Shown one piece after another: positions 26,592 to 39,560 of a DNA stretch of 64,000 nt. The notes beneath the pieces are model-generated. The model was not told the DNA's origin and ran no database searches. It saw only the letters and a list, made by a program, of their open reading frames with translations. The position numbers and the translations under genes are program-made. The first letter of the stretch is position 1, and the number at the start of each line of letters is the position of its first letter. The DNA is from Azolla caroliniana (taxonomy: Eukaryota > Plantae > Polypodiophyta). The DNA lies in the NCBI GenBank assembly GCA_043228905.1, contig JBHGNT010000007.1:434001-498000 (forward strand), written 5' to 3'.

Positions 26592-26925
26592 CTTGTATAA
26601 TGTACATGCTTATCACAAATTTCAGGCGTGGAAATCACTAATCACATATATAATCATGTGATAGATTTCTGTGTGGTAATGGTATACATATGATGTATGA
26701 TGTATGTATATGACTCATTCATTCAGCAGTTCATGATTCTCACACCTGAATCACAGGCACAAAAAGATGGACAGGAATGAAGACTGAAAGACCGAATTTA
26801 TGTACATATATTTATGTGTATTAATCTGATTGCTTGGAAATTTGTACTCAGAGTGCAGGAGATGCTCTGGGGGTTCAGGAATTATATATTGCTCAAGCCT
26901 ATTCATTGATTGAATGATTGGGACA
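26592..26925 (+). repeat. Dispersed direct repeat, copy 1 (copy 2 at 54653-54986)
   Basis: Colinear similarity from CTTGTATAATGTACATGCTTATCACAAATTTCAGGCGTGGAAATCAC to GATTGGGACA. Confidence 0.88.
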
Positions 26926-26954
26926 TATTTCTCATCGGAAAGGTAATAATAAGC

Positions 26955-27530
26955 CTTTTAATTACCATCACCAATCACCATTACCATCCATTCTGACTCC
27001 AATATTCTCAATTGTATACATACACACATACATACTGATCATATGAGCCATCATCTTATATAATTCAATCATAGTTCATTATTTGTTGGACAGATAAATC
27101 TTTACCATTACCATTACCATTACCATCCATTCTCATTATATATATATATATATATATATTAAATTGCATACATAAATACATACATACTGATCGTATGATC
27201 CATCTTATGTAATTCAATCATAATTCTTATTTTGTTAATCGACAGGAAAATCGTTACCATTACCATTACCGTCCATTCTGATTCCAATATATTAGATTGT
27301 ATACATACATACGTACATACAATACACTACATACATACATACTGATCATATGACCCATTTTATATAATTCTATGATTATTGATTCATTATTTGTTTTTGG
27401 ACAGGTAAACCTTTACCATTGCCATTGCCGTTACCATCACCATCCATTCTGATTCCAATATATTAAATTGTATACATACATACTGATCATATGGCCCATC
27501 TTTATATATATAATTCAATCATAATTCATT
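26955..27530. repeat. ~140-160-bp tandem repeat (4 units) upstream of MLO exon 2
   Basis: TTACCATTACCATCCATTCT...ATACTGATCATATG...AATTCAATCATA repeated four times. Confidence 0.8.
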
Positions 27531-28996
27531 GTAAATTAATGCTCCATAATAATTGTTTCCAATGCTCCATAATAATTTATACTTGTGAATCGTGATCATA
27601 GTATTTGAAGAAACACAAGAAGAAGGACCTTGGCCAAGCACTCGACAAGATAAAGGAAGGTAAAAAAGCTGCATTTGGCTGTCTTTTTCTTCTGCATTCA
27701 GCTCTAAATCCTAATGAGTTCTTTAATTCTTTCTACTTTTAAATTGAATTGGTCTGCCCTGCATTAATAAGAAGCGAAAAAAGGATTAATGAATGGATTG
27801 GATGGTTGAATCTTTTTTTATTCACAATCCACAATGATTTAATGAATGAAAAGATTGTGATTTTGTTTATAATGTTATTTGAAATGGCAGAGCTTATGCT
27901 TGTGGGTTTCATCTCATTAGCTCTCACAGCCGGTGAAGACCTTGTCTCTGAAATCTGTGTCCCTTCCAAATGGCTCAAAATAATGCTCCAATGCAATGAT
28001 GCAGACACACAGAAGAAAATAAGCGATCTGGATTATGATAAATGTGGCCCTGTAAGCACCCAAGATTCAACTGAATGTCTCTAATTTTTCCTGCATAATT
28101 TAATGTGTGAGATTAATCAAAAGGATTCTTCAGCCTTTGGATTACTTCTCTGCATCTTTCAGTAGTATGTGTGAGCCTTCATGGGATCTAAATTTTCTGA
28201 TTTTGTTAGGGCGAATCGCCCTTCATCTCGAATCAAAACCCTGCACTAACTTCACATCTTCTTGTTTGCCTTGGTTATGTTGCATGTCTTCATCAGTGCT
28301 CTGACTATGGGCACTGCAAGATGGCAGGTATAAAATCTCTTTTAATCTTATTTTCAGGGATCAAATTAATTTGTAACAATTGCATGATCTGGTGCTAATT
28401 ATGTCTTAATTCATGTTGGACCTTAACATTAATTGTATGATATCCCCAAATTAGTTGGTTGATTAATCTATCCGTTGCATGAACACTAATCATTTGATGG
28501 TGTTTGATGGTTGAAGGTGAATAAGTGGAGGGCATGGGAGGAGAGAGCATCAGAGAAAGAAGATCGGTCGACTTCAGGTAATAATCATTTTGCCAAATTT
28601 CTTCTATATGTATTAGGAAGGAATTAATTACAGAGTTTAATTCGAATTCCCTAGTTCTGTTTAGCTTCTAAGTTGCTTGGATTAAAGATATTGCTTGGTT
28701 TATACATGATCCAAAACATTATGTATGGTATTGTTGGCAATTATAAAGAAGAAATTTCGCTGCATAATTAAACCAATGAGAACCAGGAATTCCACCAAGT
28801 TTGTGTAATTGTTATTACATTCAGCTCATCAATGTTAATTATTATAGACACTGCATCCATTGCTGATTTGATAATGGTAGAAAATAGGAGATTCAAAATT
28901 TCAGAAGACCTTTCCAGTTTTATAATTCACAATATTCAAAATTGGATTAAAAAGTTTTATTTTGAAGATTATATTGCAATACGATCAAACCTTTTA

Positions 28997-29205
28997 AACA
29001 TTAAACATATATTCTATGGACTAAATCTAAACATTGAACAAAGATTCTATGGCTAAATCTCAACATGAAACATATATTCTATGGACTAAATTTAAACATT
29101 GAACAAAGATTCTATGACCAAATACAAACATTGAACAAAGATTCTATGGACTAAATCTAAACATTAAACAAAGATTCTATAGACTAAATCTAAACATTAA
29201 ACATA
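28997..29205. repeat. ~33-bp minisatellite, about 6 units, in an MLO intron
   Basis: AAACATTGAACAAAGATTCTATGGACTAAATCT repeated. Confidence 0.88.
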
Positions 29206-32191
29206 TGTATGACCAAATCATTTCCATCAACTTAAAGAAGTGGACCAATGTTATTATCTTTTAATGGTAAGATCACAATAGTTTGAACCATGAAGAGTAT
29301 ATTGATTAATGGTATTAGGTCTAACTTCAAATTTTCTTGACTTGAAGATATTCGTCTTTCAAAGGAAACAACTTTTGCACGACATCGCATCTAGACTACC
29401 AACCCAATCTTGGCTTGTGCACTATGAGAACTCTATGTTATTTGTCTTTGCTTTCTTATATGTATATACATTGACCTATCGACTATACTTTTTTGTTACT
29501 ACATAGTAATTGACACTAATATTTACTTGACTTTCTAGCATGCATTCACTAGAATGTTTCGCAAAAGCCCGTCTGAATTGGATTTCCAAACATTAAGACG
29601 TGGATTTATCAAGGTATATCGATAATCATCTACCTATCGATCCATCTATATATGTCATAACAATGATAAATTCGCCCATTTATACGTATATCAAAAGTTT
29701 TAGCCCCTCTGGCATTAGTTTTTTCTAATCACAAATCACTATTTTGTATATCTATTCATAACATTGCTACATTAAATAGACTCATGTGTCAACCTCAAGT
29801 CAAACTACATTTGACTTCCACAAATATGTGATCAAGACATTGGAAGATGACTTCAAACATGTGGTGGGAGTGAGGTAATTTGTGGTTGTAGTGTGTTTTT
29901 TCCTACAAATTATCCCCGCTCTCGAATGGGGGCATATAATACATCTTACTCACATGATAATTGTTTTCATCATGGATTTACATTGAATAGTCCTGCTTCA
30001 TGGGTCTATAGCATTATCTTAATGTTCGTGAATGTTAATGGTGAGTTATTTCTACCTTCTTTCTCCATGTTTCTCTAATGTGTATCCTATGAGGGGTTGG
30101 TTCATTGGGTAGAACTTGTATTAAAAACCTTAAATTTAACCATGCCTCATTTTGGTTAGCATACAAGCATAATGATTAGGATTCTCAACAATCAAGTATG
30201 TAGTATAATGCACTATTTAGCATAACTTCAATCTAAAAACTTAGATATTTAACAAGAATGTAATTTTCTTAGTGAGGATAATGTTTAGGATTCAAAACTA
30301 TGGTATGACATGCATACATCTCACCTTACATCAATATTCTTGACATCAATGTAGGGCATTTAGGCTAGAGTTAGATTTCTAAACTTTGCAAATAGGAAAA
30401 CTAGGAAAAATGGGAAAAAATGTATATCTTATAGGTGGAGTTATAAGAAGTTTGTCATGTGAATTTTAAAAGAAAGTATTGATGGCCATGCTCTAGAAAT
30501 AAAGTGGTCTTGCCATTTTGTGTCATTTGCACGTATATATCACTTTCTCATAGCGGGGATAATATATGTCTTACTCAGACATACTTTGGCATGAACTGTA
30601 TGTCAACTAACCTATATATGCAAACTACAGGTTGGGCAACATTATATTGGATTTCTATCCCACAATTTCTTGTAAGTTGTAATATTTCTCATCTTTTCTG
30701 ATTAGAAATGTTAAGAGAAGAAGCATTTATCTTATCTAATATTATTATCAGGCTGATTATTTATTTTTTTAATGTGTAAATCTTGATTCACCAGCTAGTC
30801 ATCATAATTGGTGCAAGACTAGAGCACACCATCACAAAGATGGCAATTCAATTCCTTGATGCTAATGCGGTAGTAGCAGGCTTGCCTGATGTGAAATTAA
30901 GCAATGATTTATTTTGGTTCAAGCGTCCACATCTCATCATCAAATTCATTCACGTCATACTTTTCCAGGTTAATTTCACATCATTTATATGTTTTTGTGT
31001 ACATCTACATGGTGCTAAACTAGTAAAAGGTGGTGTGCAAAGTACCAATCTCAAATTGATTTTTGTTATGTCTTATGACTTTTGGCACAAACATTTGACA
31101 CTTGATGAGCTCTTTGCAACAACATGCATAACCACTACTTTCAACAACCAATTTAACATCAACAATTAATAGTTACATAATACATAGTTACCTTAAAGTG
31201 GTGGGATAACTTGGCAAATACCATTTTTTGCTTATAAGTATCTGTGTTAGTCTTTATGGTTATTGTTTGTGTGTATCAGTAACAACAATATCTACCGTAT
31301 GAATGATTAGAAAATACCTAGGCAAACAACTAAATGATTTTTGAGATTGCATGTTTGGAAATCAGTCATGGATTGCCCTAAAAGGATAAAAATTTTGCTC
31401 ATGGATGAGTTTGAAAGAAGTGAATCATTGTTTTAATTTTTTTCCCCACACAAATCATTGTTTTAATTAGCAAGGGTAAGGGGTGGTATTTGCTATTAAC
31501 GACATGCATATTGAGGTCATGTCACATTGTTTCATCTTGAAAGCTTTGCACATGCCCAAGCATCACTAACCACATCATAGATTAAGCTTTCCACCTCATT
31601 TAGCTATGACGAATGCATTGTATGGCTTCACATGGGTTAAAGGGTTATATTTAAAAATAGAACTTGAAAGGAGACTATTGAATCTCATGGAGATACCATC
31701 GACATGCATGTGTTTCTTTTCCATTCCAACAAAGATTGATGGAACTAACTTCCATTTTTTTTTTCCAAATTTGGTGTTAAAGAGAGACCCTCATACGACA
31801 ATTAAACTTGCTAAAGACATAGTCCCAAATAAGAGACTTCTCAAACCCCCAAATATAGGAGATTTTAGATGTACAAACATAATAGTTGTCTTCTTTCTCC
31901 ACAAGAGACCTAGCCCACACGCGCTCCTTTCAATCAAGTAATTTTAATTCAACAAAAAGTTGAGGTGTGCATAATTTTGCTTGAATCGAAGTCTTAAACC
32001 TCTTCAAGTATGCTTGAATCCTAACATTGATCCGCTCAATAATAGATAAGCAATATTGTCAATAACCCTCCAATATTGATTGCATTGTTGGTTATGTTCT
32101 AGATAGTAATTCATCTCTTTGTAAAACCTATCTTGCTATTTTCTTGCAACCAAATGGACATCTACTTGGGCTAGTCATATTCCCTAAGCTA

Positions 32192-32570
32192 GACTTGTGA
32201 ATGCCAATCATATGAACTCAAGAGTAAGCTCGAGGTATACAAATCCTCGCATTGGGAAATTCCAATCAATGTAATTGTTTGAATTTCATAAAACTATACA
32301 CATGTAATAACAACGAAAGGATGGAAATTGCATAGAACAACCTTGCCTTAAAAAATTACAAAATATCCATAATTTGATGACTTGTGAATGCCAATCATAT
32401 GAACTCAAGGGTAAGCTCGAGCTATACAAATCCTTGCATTGGGAAATTGCAATCAATGTAATGGTTTGAATTTCATAAGACTATACACATGTAATAACAA
32501 TGAAAGGATGGAAATTGCATAGAACAATCTTGCCTTAAAAAATTACAAAATATCCATAATTTGATGACTT
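32192..32570. repeat. 187-bp tandem duplication
   Basis: GACTTGTGAATGCCAATCATATGAACTCAAG starts at 32192 and at 32379. Confidence 0.88.
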
Positions 32571-32999
32571 CTCAATTAAACATATATGCAGTGGAGCTAT
32601 TGGTATACAACTAATAAAGAACATTTAACATTCTAAGGCTAAACCCATATTGTTCAATGTAGTTTCCACAAAACTCCATTAGATGTAATCAAATAATTTC
32701 TCAACATTTACATACACAATCAAGAATTTGTGATTTGTGTACTCCAAACTAAAGTAAAATTAACAATGTTATCCATCTTTATCTTCATGGTATAAAACCA
32801 TAAATTAGGATGGATGCCTTTAAATAAGTATTCTTTAATTTGATGTATTATTAACTGATATTGGTTCTAATATGAAAGAGTTTCACATAAATTCTTATTT
32901 AGAAGAAGTTTCTTAAATTTCCCAAATTTCCACCTGAGTATGTTATACTTTTTGTTGAATTTGTAGTGTTTACAACTTTTATTATTATTATCAATATTT

Positions 33000-35303
33000 C
33001 CCAATTGTATTAATGGATGCAAAATGCAATCACAATCACCACGACCCCAATTTTAGATGGTTGAGGAAAGGAGAAGCTATTAGATACTTGGGCTTCAAAA
33101 TTGGTATGGACATCGATCAAGCAGAACATTACAATCTACTTGTGGACAAAATAAAAGTGAAGTTAATATGGTGGAATGCAAGAAAACTATCCTTTGCGGG
33201 CATGATTGTGATTGCAAATCAGATTCTAATGGCCACTATTTGGCATACTGCCACATGCTGGATAATTGTGCCCAAGTCGATGAAATTGATAAAAAGGGTT
33301 ATCAGAAATTTCTTATGGGGGGGCACAGAGGAAAAACAGGCATGTGCAAAGGTTGCTTGGACCACGGTTATAAAAAGGAAAAGTGAAGGGGTGGTGGGAT
33401 TGATAGATCCCGTGGTGCAAACGAAGGCCTTGCTAGGCAAACTAGTGGTTAGGAGCCTACAACCTCCTGAAGCACCTTGGAAAGTTCTATGGTGACTTAG
33501 ATGGAAGATGTGGTTGCCGAGACAAGGTGGACGCTGGCCAAGCAACCCATTTTGGGGCTTTGTACCTGAAATGAGACCCAAATATTGGGGAAGTATGCAG
33601 AGTAGCTGTTCTATTGGAATTATGAAAGCATGGCAAGAAATCAGAAAGGGGATCACATGTAGGTGGAGAAATTATGCATATGCGCGGATGTACATGCCAA
33701 TTGTATGGAACCCATTGATTAGAGATATGGATGGGCTGATGATAGGCCAAAAAGCAGGTTTCAAATGGGTTGAGTTAATCAACGCCCAAGGGAATGCATT
33801 AGTGGAGTGGGAGAGGTTTTTGTCCAATGAGGTGGGCACTCAAAAGGCTAGACTATGGAGAATAAGCAGTGGTAAAGGCATGCTCAAGAGAATTACAGAT
33901 GCCATTGCATGCTACAGGAATACCGCGGACAAGAAAGAAGTACCAACCTCTGAAATTGCGTGGACAAAACTTATAGATGCCGAGAATTGTTTAATTGGCA
34001 TTAAGGGAATGAAAGTAGAATCAAATGAGGTATTCTACTACAAACTAGAGCACGACATGGTAAGAGTTGAGCAACTAGCCTTTCAAATAGAAAGGCCGAT
34101 TAGGCTAATCGCAAAAAATGGCAAGAATATGATTATTGACCCTAAACCAACGAAAATCACACCGGCGACAATGTGTTGGCCTATACAAGGGCATTTGGAT
34201 TGGTTATCATGGGACCCAACGATGTATTGTTGGAGAACTCAAGGACGAACTAATGGGGAAAAGTTGGTTCAAAATTTCAGGTATAACACGAAGATTGGGA
34301 GGCAAATTATTCTAGAACAAGAACACGACAAGATTGCAACAAGGAAATTTTGGATACAGGATGACATTAGTGAGATGAAACTAGATAAATTTTGGAGAAT
34401 GATATGGCATGACAAATATGACCGCAAGATAATGATGTGTTTATGGCTTATTGCACATAAAGCCTTGCCGGTAGGGACATGGGGTAAAGGCCCCAATGTA
34501 GACCCTAGATGCATTGCTTGTGGACAGATAGAAAGCATTTCCCATTGTCTATGGGAATGTTGCGAGGCAGTGGTTGTATGGGGAAGGTCACTATGTTTGC
34601 TTTGCCATGCCTCTAGTTTGTTCACCCTCAACTGGGGACATGCTTGCTGGATTTGTGTTAAGGATGATGTGGCGAAATACGATGGCACATGCGATGCTAA
34701 GTACAGAGGGGAGAATGGCATTGTGTGGTTGATCACTGACAACAGGGTACCTACAACTTGTGCATAGAATCAAAAACTTGGAGATATTTGGATGTTACTT
34801 GCCTCCATTACTATATGGTATATATGGACAGCAAGGTGTACAAGGGTATTTTCAGCACACAAACACCCCCCCTGTTGAATCGATTAAGCTAATCTGGCAC
34901 ACATTAATAACTACACTAAGAGCTCAATATGAGTGGATTGATGGTACGAATGATGTTGTAGAACTAATGAGGCTGAATTTTCGAAAGTGATGGTGTACTA
35001 CACCGATGGCCGCAACAAATGGAATGGATATACTATGGAAGTATGAAGTACCCAAATGGTTGTTCCCCCCTCTTATTAGATGAACGAGGGGCGTGAAAGA
35101 CATGGCATGTGGGATAGTGAATGTAGGTGATGTGCATGAAAGGATGGCTAGAGCCATATGTGAAAGTGTAAGATAAATACGCAAGATCTCTTGTGTAGGA
35201 TAGGATAGTCTTGGCTCGGCCTTCCCAAGAAAGGGATCGAGTTTTATGTATATTTTAACTAAAGGAGTATTTATTCTTTTTTGAAAAAAAAAAGAAAAAA
35301 AAA
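33000..35303 (+). mobile_element. 5'-truncated L1-type LINE (end of RT, zf-RVT, poly-A tail)
   Basis: IRYLGFKIG RT end, IKRVIRNFLWGG..KVAW thumb region, CIACGQIESISHCLWEC zinc finger, IWYIWTAR motif; in-frame stops at 33493 and 34765; A-tail at 35284-35303. Confidence 0.9.
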
Positions 35304-36376
35304 CATATGGGGCTTTGTAAGAGATGGAATTTTAATACTTGACCTATACTTTCATATATCTATATCTATATCTCTACATGCATACATACATTACACATAC
35401 ATACATACGTATATGTATGTATGATACCTCTTATTAATATTAACTTTTCTTGCTCTCATTTTTTAGGTCACTTTCTCGAAAAATGAAGACTCTTCTTTAT
35501 TCCATGAAACTTATTCAATCATAATAAGTCTATTATTAGAGTAAGATTTTAGAGCGAGAAATGCCCATTTTTTCGTAGTAAAAGTTGTGAATTTAAACTT
35601 ATTATCACATTAGGCGATCTTTTCTTTTAGTGTCATCTCATTGATCGTGTGTCGCTTTGTTACACTCCCAATTTATACATTGGTTTCACAGGTATGCAAA
35701 ATGTATTTTCCCAATGTATGCATTGGTTTCAACTTAAGATTCCACGCACAAGCATATATTTTCATAATAATTATATATAGAGAAAAGGGTTAGCCTTATT
35801 GTCATGTATTGCTAGAGTTTTTAATTAGGTACTTGGATGACAACTATCTTGTCCCATGCATGTTGAGTAGACGAGCCTTGAAATTTACCTTGAAATATAA
35901 TTTATACGTAAACCCGAGAGTCCAATGACATTTAATTTCTAGAAACCAAAGGATAGTCTCGACTCTCAACTTACCATGCATTACTCCTTAGAGGATGGTG
36001 CCATTGGGTGGAACGACACCGAAATTTGATACACGATCCAAGGATTGAATGTCTAACAATGTAACACACTTTTCCATCTCCTTCAATGTTGATGGATCTC
36101 ATGAAAATGTACTCTTGAAAGTTTTATAAATCCAAAACTTGCATTGTTAATGAGACAATTGATAGGTAATCGGACGTGCCCCGTTCCTAATGTTCAAAGT
36201 GCATTGGTATAGATTGCGAAGATATAGGACATGTATTAAGCTATATTTTTGAGAGGGAGGGGATTTACGGTCTTAGATGGGTAGTCTTATGGAATTGTGC
36301 CAACTTGAAAATCATCCTTACCCTTTTTTTTCTTTTTTTTTTTCCAAAGAAGAATATACTCCATTAGTTGCACGAC

Positions 36377-36812
36377 CTTGGAGCACACCTCTCAGGAATA
36401 TCCACATGTTTTATACGCTTGTAGTTCCACTAGTGTTATCCTTCGGAGTTTGATCCCATGCGAATCACGTACGAGATTGGATCACAACTCTCATCAATAT
36501 CCACATGTTTTATACACTTGTAGTTACAACCGCGTTATCCTTCAGAGTTTGATCCTATGCGAATCACCTAAGGAATAGATTAGATCAACTTTAAATACAA
36601 GTATTGAAAACTATAATAGGTTTGTTATTTCGATCACATTATCCTAAAGTTCACTATCTTACATTGTCCCACTAGTGTTATCCTTCTGAGTTCGATCCCA
36701 TCTGAATGACCTAAGGAATAGAGTAGATCTACTTTAAATACAAGTATTGAAAGCCTTAATAAGTTTGTTATTTCAATCACATTATCCTAAAGTTCATTAT
36801 CTTACATTGTCT
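36377..36812. repeat. Overlapping ~100-bp and ~133-bp tandem duplications
   Basis: ATATCCACATGTTTTATAC occurs twice; ACTTTAAATACAAGTATTGAAA...TTACATTGTC occurs twice. Confidence 0.75.
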
Positions 36813-37367
36813 ATAATTATACACATATGAGTATATGGGTCAAAGTATAAATTATAACTAATTTTTATTAGTATATTTACAAGTACACCTCATAATTTTG
36901 TAAAACTTACCAAAAAAATATAAGTCTTTATTTGAGTGTTTGTCATGTCGCACAATAATGTGATTTTGAGCCATTGTTGAACTTTATTATAATAGCATTA
37001 ACATATTAACACATCCAAACTTAAGTGAATTTCAAATGTTCTCCACTAGGAGACCTATCATGTTTTTTTAATTTTGCAATTTCTAATCAAGTTGTGGAAC
37101 ATGTGATACTAGTGCATCCAATTTTTGTAGAGAGGGTATGTTTGGATATTTTCAAGAAGAATCTACAAGTGGAATGCGCAAGCCTTCCACTTGTGAACGC
37201 GAACGTGTTATATCTAGTATACAATCATGTGTATAATTGCTCGTTGTAGTTTTTAGCTAGCATCATGCACATTGTTTCTCCCTTGTATTATTTACACTTG
37301 GCACATGCATGCATACTTACATGCTCTATTGTATCACATGTGTGCAATAGGTATGCATGCCGCTTTG

Positions 37368-37511
37368 TATAAATAGTTGAGATCACCTTGAAGGAATTCA
37401 AGCTGAACAAGACCAGTTATGGAGGCTTTCAGTTAATACCACCCATCCATTTGGTTATCTTCTTTCTAGTCTCTTGAGCTTATGATCTATCTGTGACAGT
37501 TTGTTCACCTT
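37368..37511 (+). promoter_or_regulatory. LTR TATA box, predicted transcript 5' end and complementary self-priming PBS
   Basis: TATAAATA at 37368; AAGCTGAACAA at 37400-37410 is complementary (10/11) to TTGTTCACCTT at 37501-37511, two nt after the LTR end; no TGG tRNA-type PBS. Confidence 0.65.
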
Positions 37512-38123
37512 CCATCCTCTAGCTCTCCCTCTCATTAGCCATAGCTATGCCCGACCCAATTATTGACTTAAGCCAAATAATGACAGCCTTACAACAACTC
37601 CAGCTTGAAAATGTAGCTCTTCGGGATTCTTTACGAGAACTTCAAGTAGGTGCCTCCCTATACTCACAACCCGCGGAGTCTCCCACCGCAACTGAGCCCG
37701 GAGCCCAACCTTCCACCAACATCTAGCCTCGATTCTTCTCATCTTCTTGAGCCTAAGGTTAGCCTCCCAGAAAAATTTGATGGAATGAGGTCATGTTTTC
37801 GGGAGTTCATCAACCAAATTTGTCTTTTCATTCGACTACAAACTCAATGATATTCATATGATCTTGGACAAGTTGGCCTTGTGGACACCCTCCTCTCCGG
37901 TCCGGCCCAAGCTTGGTTTGCACCATTAGTAGAAACTTCTTCACCTCTATTGGAGGACTTTCCCACCTTCCTCGCCGAGTTAGAGGTCACATTTGGAGAG
38001 ACAGACCGACGACATACAAATCTCACCAAGATTTATGCCCTTGAACAAGGTTCGCACGCAACTTCTGTTTATGCTTCAGAATTCCAACAACTAGCATGTG
38101 ACATCAACTAGGATGATCAAGCC

Positions 38124-38580
38124 TGTTACTATACGAGACATACGTGTGATGGATAAGTGTGATAAGTGAGGGTGAAAGATGTAATGTGTTGATATGTATG
38201 TGTAATCTTATACGATTATGAGTGTGAATGTAAGTGTGAGTGTGGTGGATACAAAGAGGTGTGAATGCCCAAGGGGCTTGCACCCTTGTGGATCTACCCC
38301 TTTGTACCTATTTAACCCCTTATGGGGAATGAATGAATACAACAATAACCATTTCTCTCTCAATCTCTCTCGTCCCCCTTACGTTGAACCCCCTTGGGAG
38401 GGGGGTGGAGCCATTCTAGGCACCACCCCCCATCCCGTAATGCTTCTCAATCACTTGTCAACATCGTCATGATCTCTCTCACCATCATACTCTCCATCGT
38501 CATCACACCCACCATGTCTATCTTTATCATCAATCGTCTGATTATCATAAATGTTAACCCTAACCCTAAAACCTATAACA
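38124..38580 (+). mobile_element. Solo LTR inserted in the chromovirus gag
   Basis: TGTTA...TAACA, perfect TSD AAGCC (38119-38123, 38581-38585); gag resumes after it. Confidence 0.9.
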
Positions 38581-39407
38581 AAGCCTTAGTTGATCATTTT
38601 CGGCGGGGCTTCGGAGCAATGTGAAGAATCTTCTCTTGAACTTTCCCGAGCTCACCTCATTATCCCAAGCGATCTCACAATCAGTCCATTGTGACAATCA
38701 TGTTTTTGAATTTCGTCAGGAAGAGCGTGGGACTTGGGGGACTCATTCACTTCCACGACACGCCCCGGTAGTACATCCCCAAGTATCATTCCCGCCGACT
38801 GCATCATGCTCCCCTACTTTGGTAGAGGCTCCAATCCCCATGGAAATTGATCAAGCCCGATTTCGGCCATTGACTCATGTCGAATGACAATATCGGCGGG
38901 CTAATGGCTTGTGCATGTATTGTGGTCCCTTAGGTCATCTCCTTCGCCATTTTCCTAGACCTAATCGTCCACAATTCCATCGACCTAACGGGCCCCAACA
39001 TCCGGAAAATGACATTGTTCGGTTACAGTAGGAGCCATGCAGTTGGATGTCTCCCGTCACCCAGATTCTCTTGGTTCCATTGCCGGACCATCAGGCAGTT
39101 TCAGATTGGAGGTATGGCTTTCTTTTAACTCCAGGTCCATTTAGTGTGTCGCTTTACTAGATTCTAGGGCGTCTTCTTGCGTCATCGACGTCGCGTTCGC
39201 CAAGCACATGGTGGAGCCGTCATTTGCCTCTCAAAACTCATTCTCATTGAAGCCAACAACGGGTGTGTCCTCTCGTCAGGAGCAATTACTCAAAACTATG
39301 ATGCCATTAGGGATTCATGTGGGCTCACACCAGGAGTGTTGGGATTTCGGTCCCTCCGGATGGGATGTCCGGAGATGAATGACGGCAAGCCCGGTTGCGG
39401 TTACGGT

Positions 39408-39560
39408 GCCGGATGATGAAGACCCCGGCTACGGAGCCGGATGATGAAGACCCCGGCTACGGTGCCGGATGATGAAGACCCCGGCTACGGAGCCGGATGA
39501 TGAATACCCCGGCTACGGAGCCGGATGCTGAAGACCCCGGTTACGGAGCCGGATGACGAA
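39408..39560. repeat. 28-bp tandem repeat (about 5.5 units) in the copia U3; same array at 44220-44372
   Basis: GCCGGATGATGAAGACCCCGGCTACGG(A/T) with period 28. Confidence 0.92.

Larger units (their letters stand above)
27602..36300 (+). pseudogene. MLO: MLO (Mildew resistance Locus O) family pseudogene, exons 2-14(15)
   Basis: Exons 27602-27659 (YLKKHKKKDLGQALDKIKE), 27891-28051 (ELMLVGFISL), 28210-28327, 28517-28577 (KWRAWE), 29348-29424, 29539-29613, 29780-29874 (FDFHKYVIKTLEDDFKHVVGVS), 29991-30040, 30631-30671, 30795-30968 (LFWFKRP..IHVILFQ), 35467-35540, 35631-35691 (VTLPIYTLVSQ), and possibly MGS at 36277. Lesions: +1 frameshift and TAA at 28247 (LHQLH to LH*LH), TAG at 29392, lost donor after 29424, L1 insertion. 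Confidence 0.92.

Noticed and set aside
28848-28876. Extra AG...GT mini-exon in MLO
   Set aside because: Exons 28517-28577 and 29348 join in frame without it, and its length would shift the frame.
31430-32190. Possible decayed coding insertion in the long MLO intron (ORF 31606..31941)
   Set aside because: No recognisable motif or termini; cannot be assigned without a search.
39408-39560. 28-bp repeats of CRISPR-like length
   Set aside because: No spacers; it is a U3 tandem array present in both LTRs.
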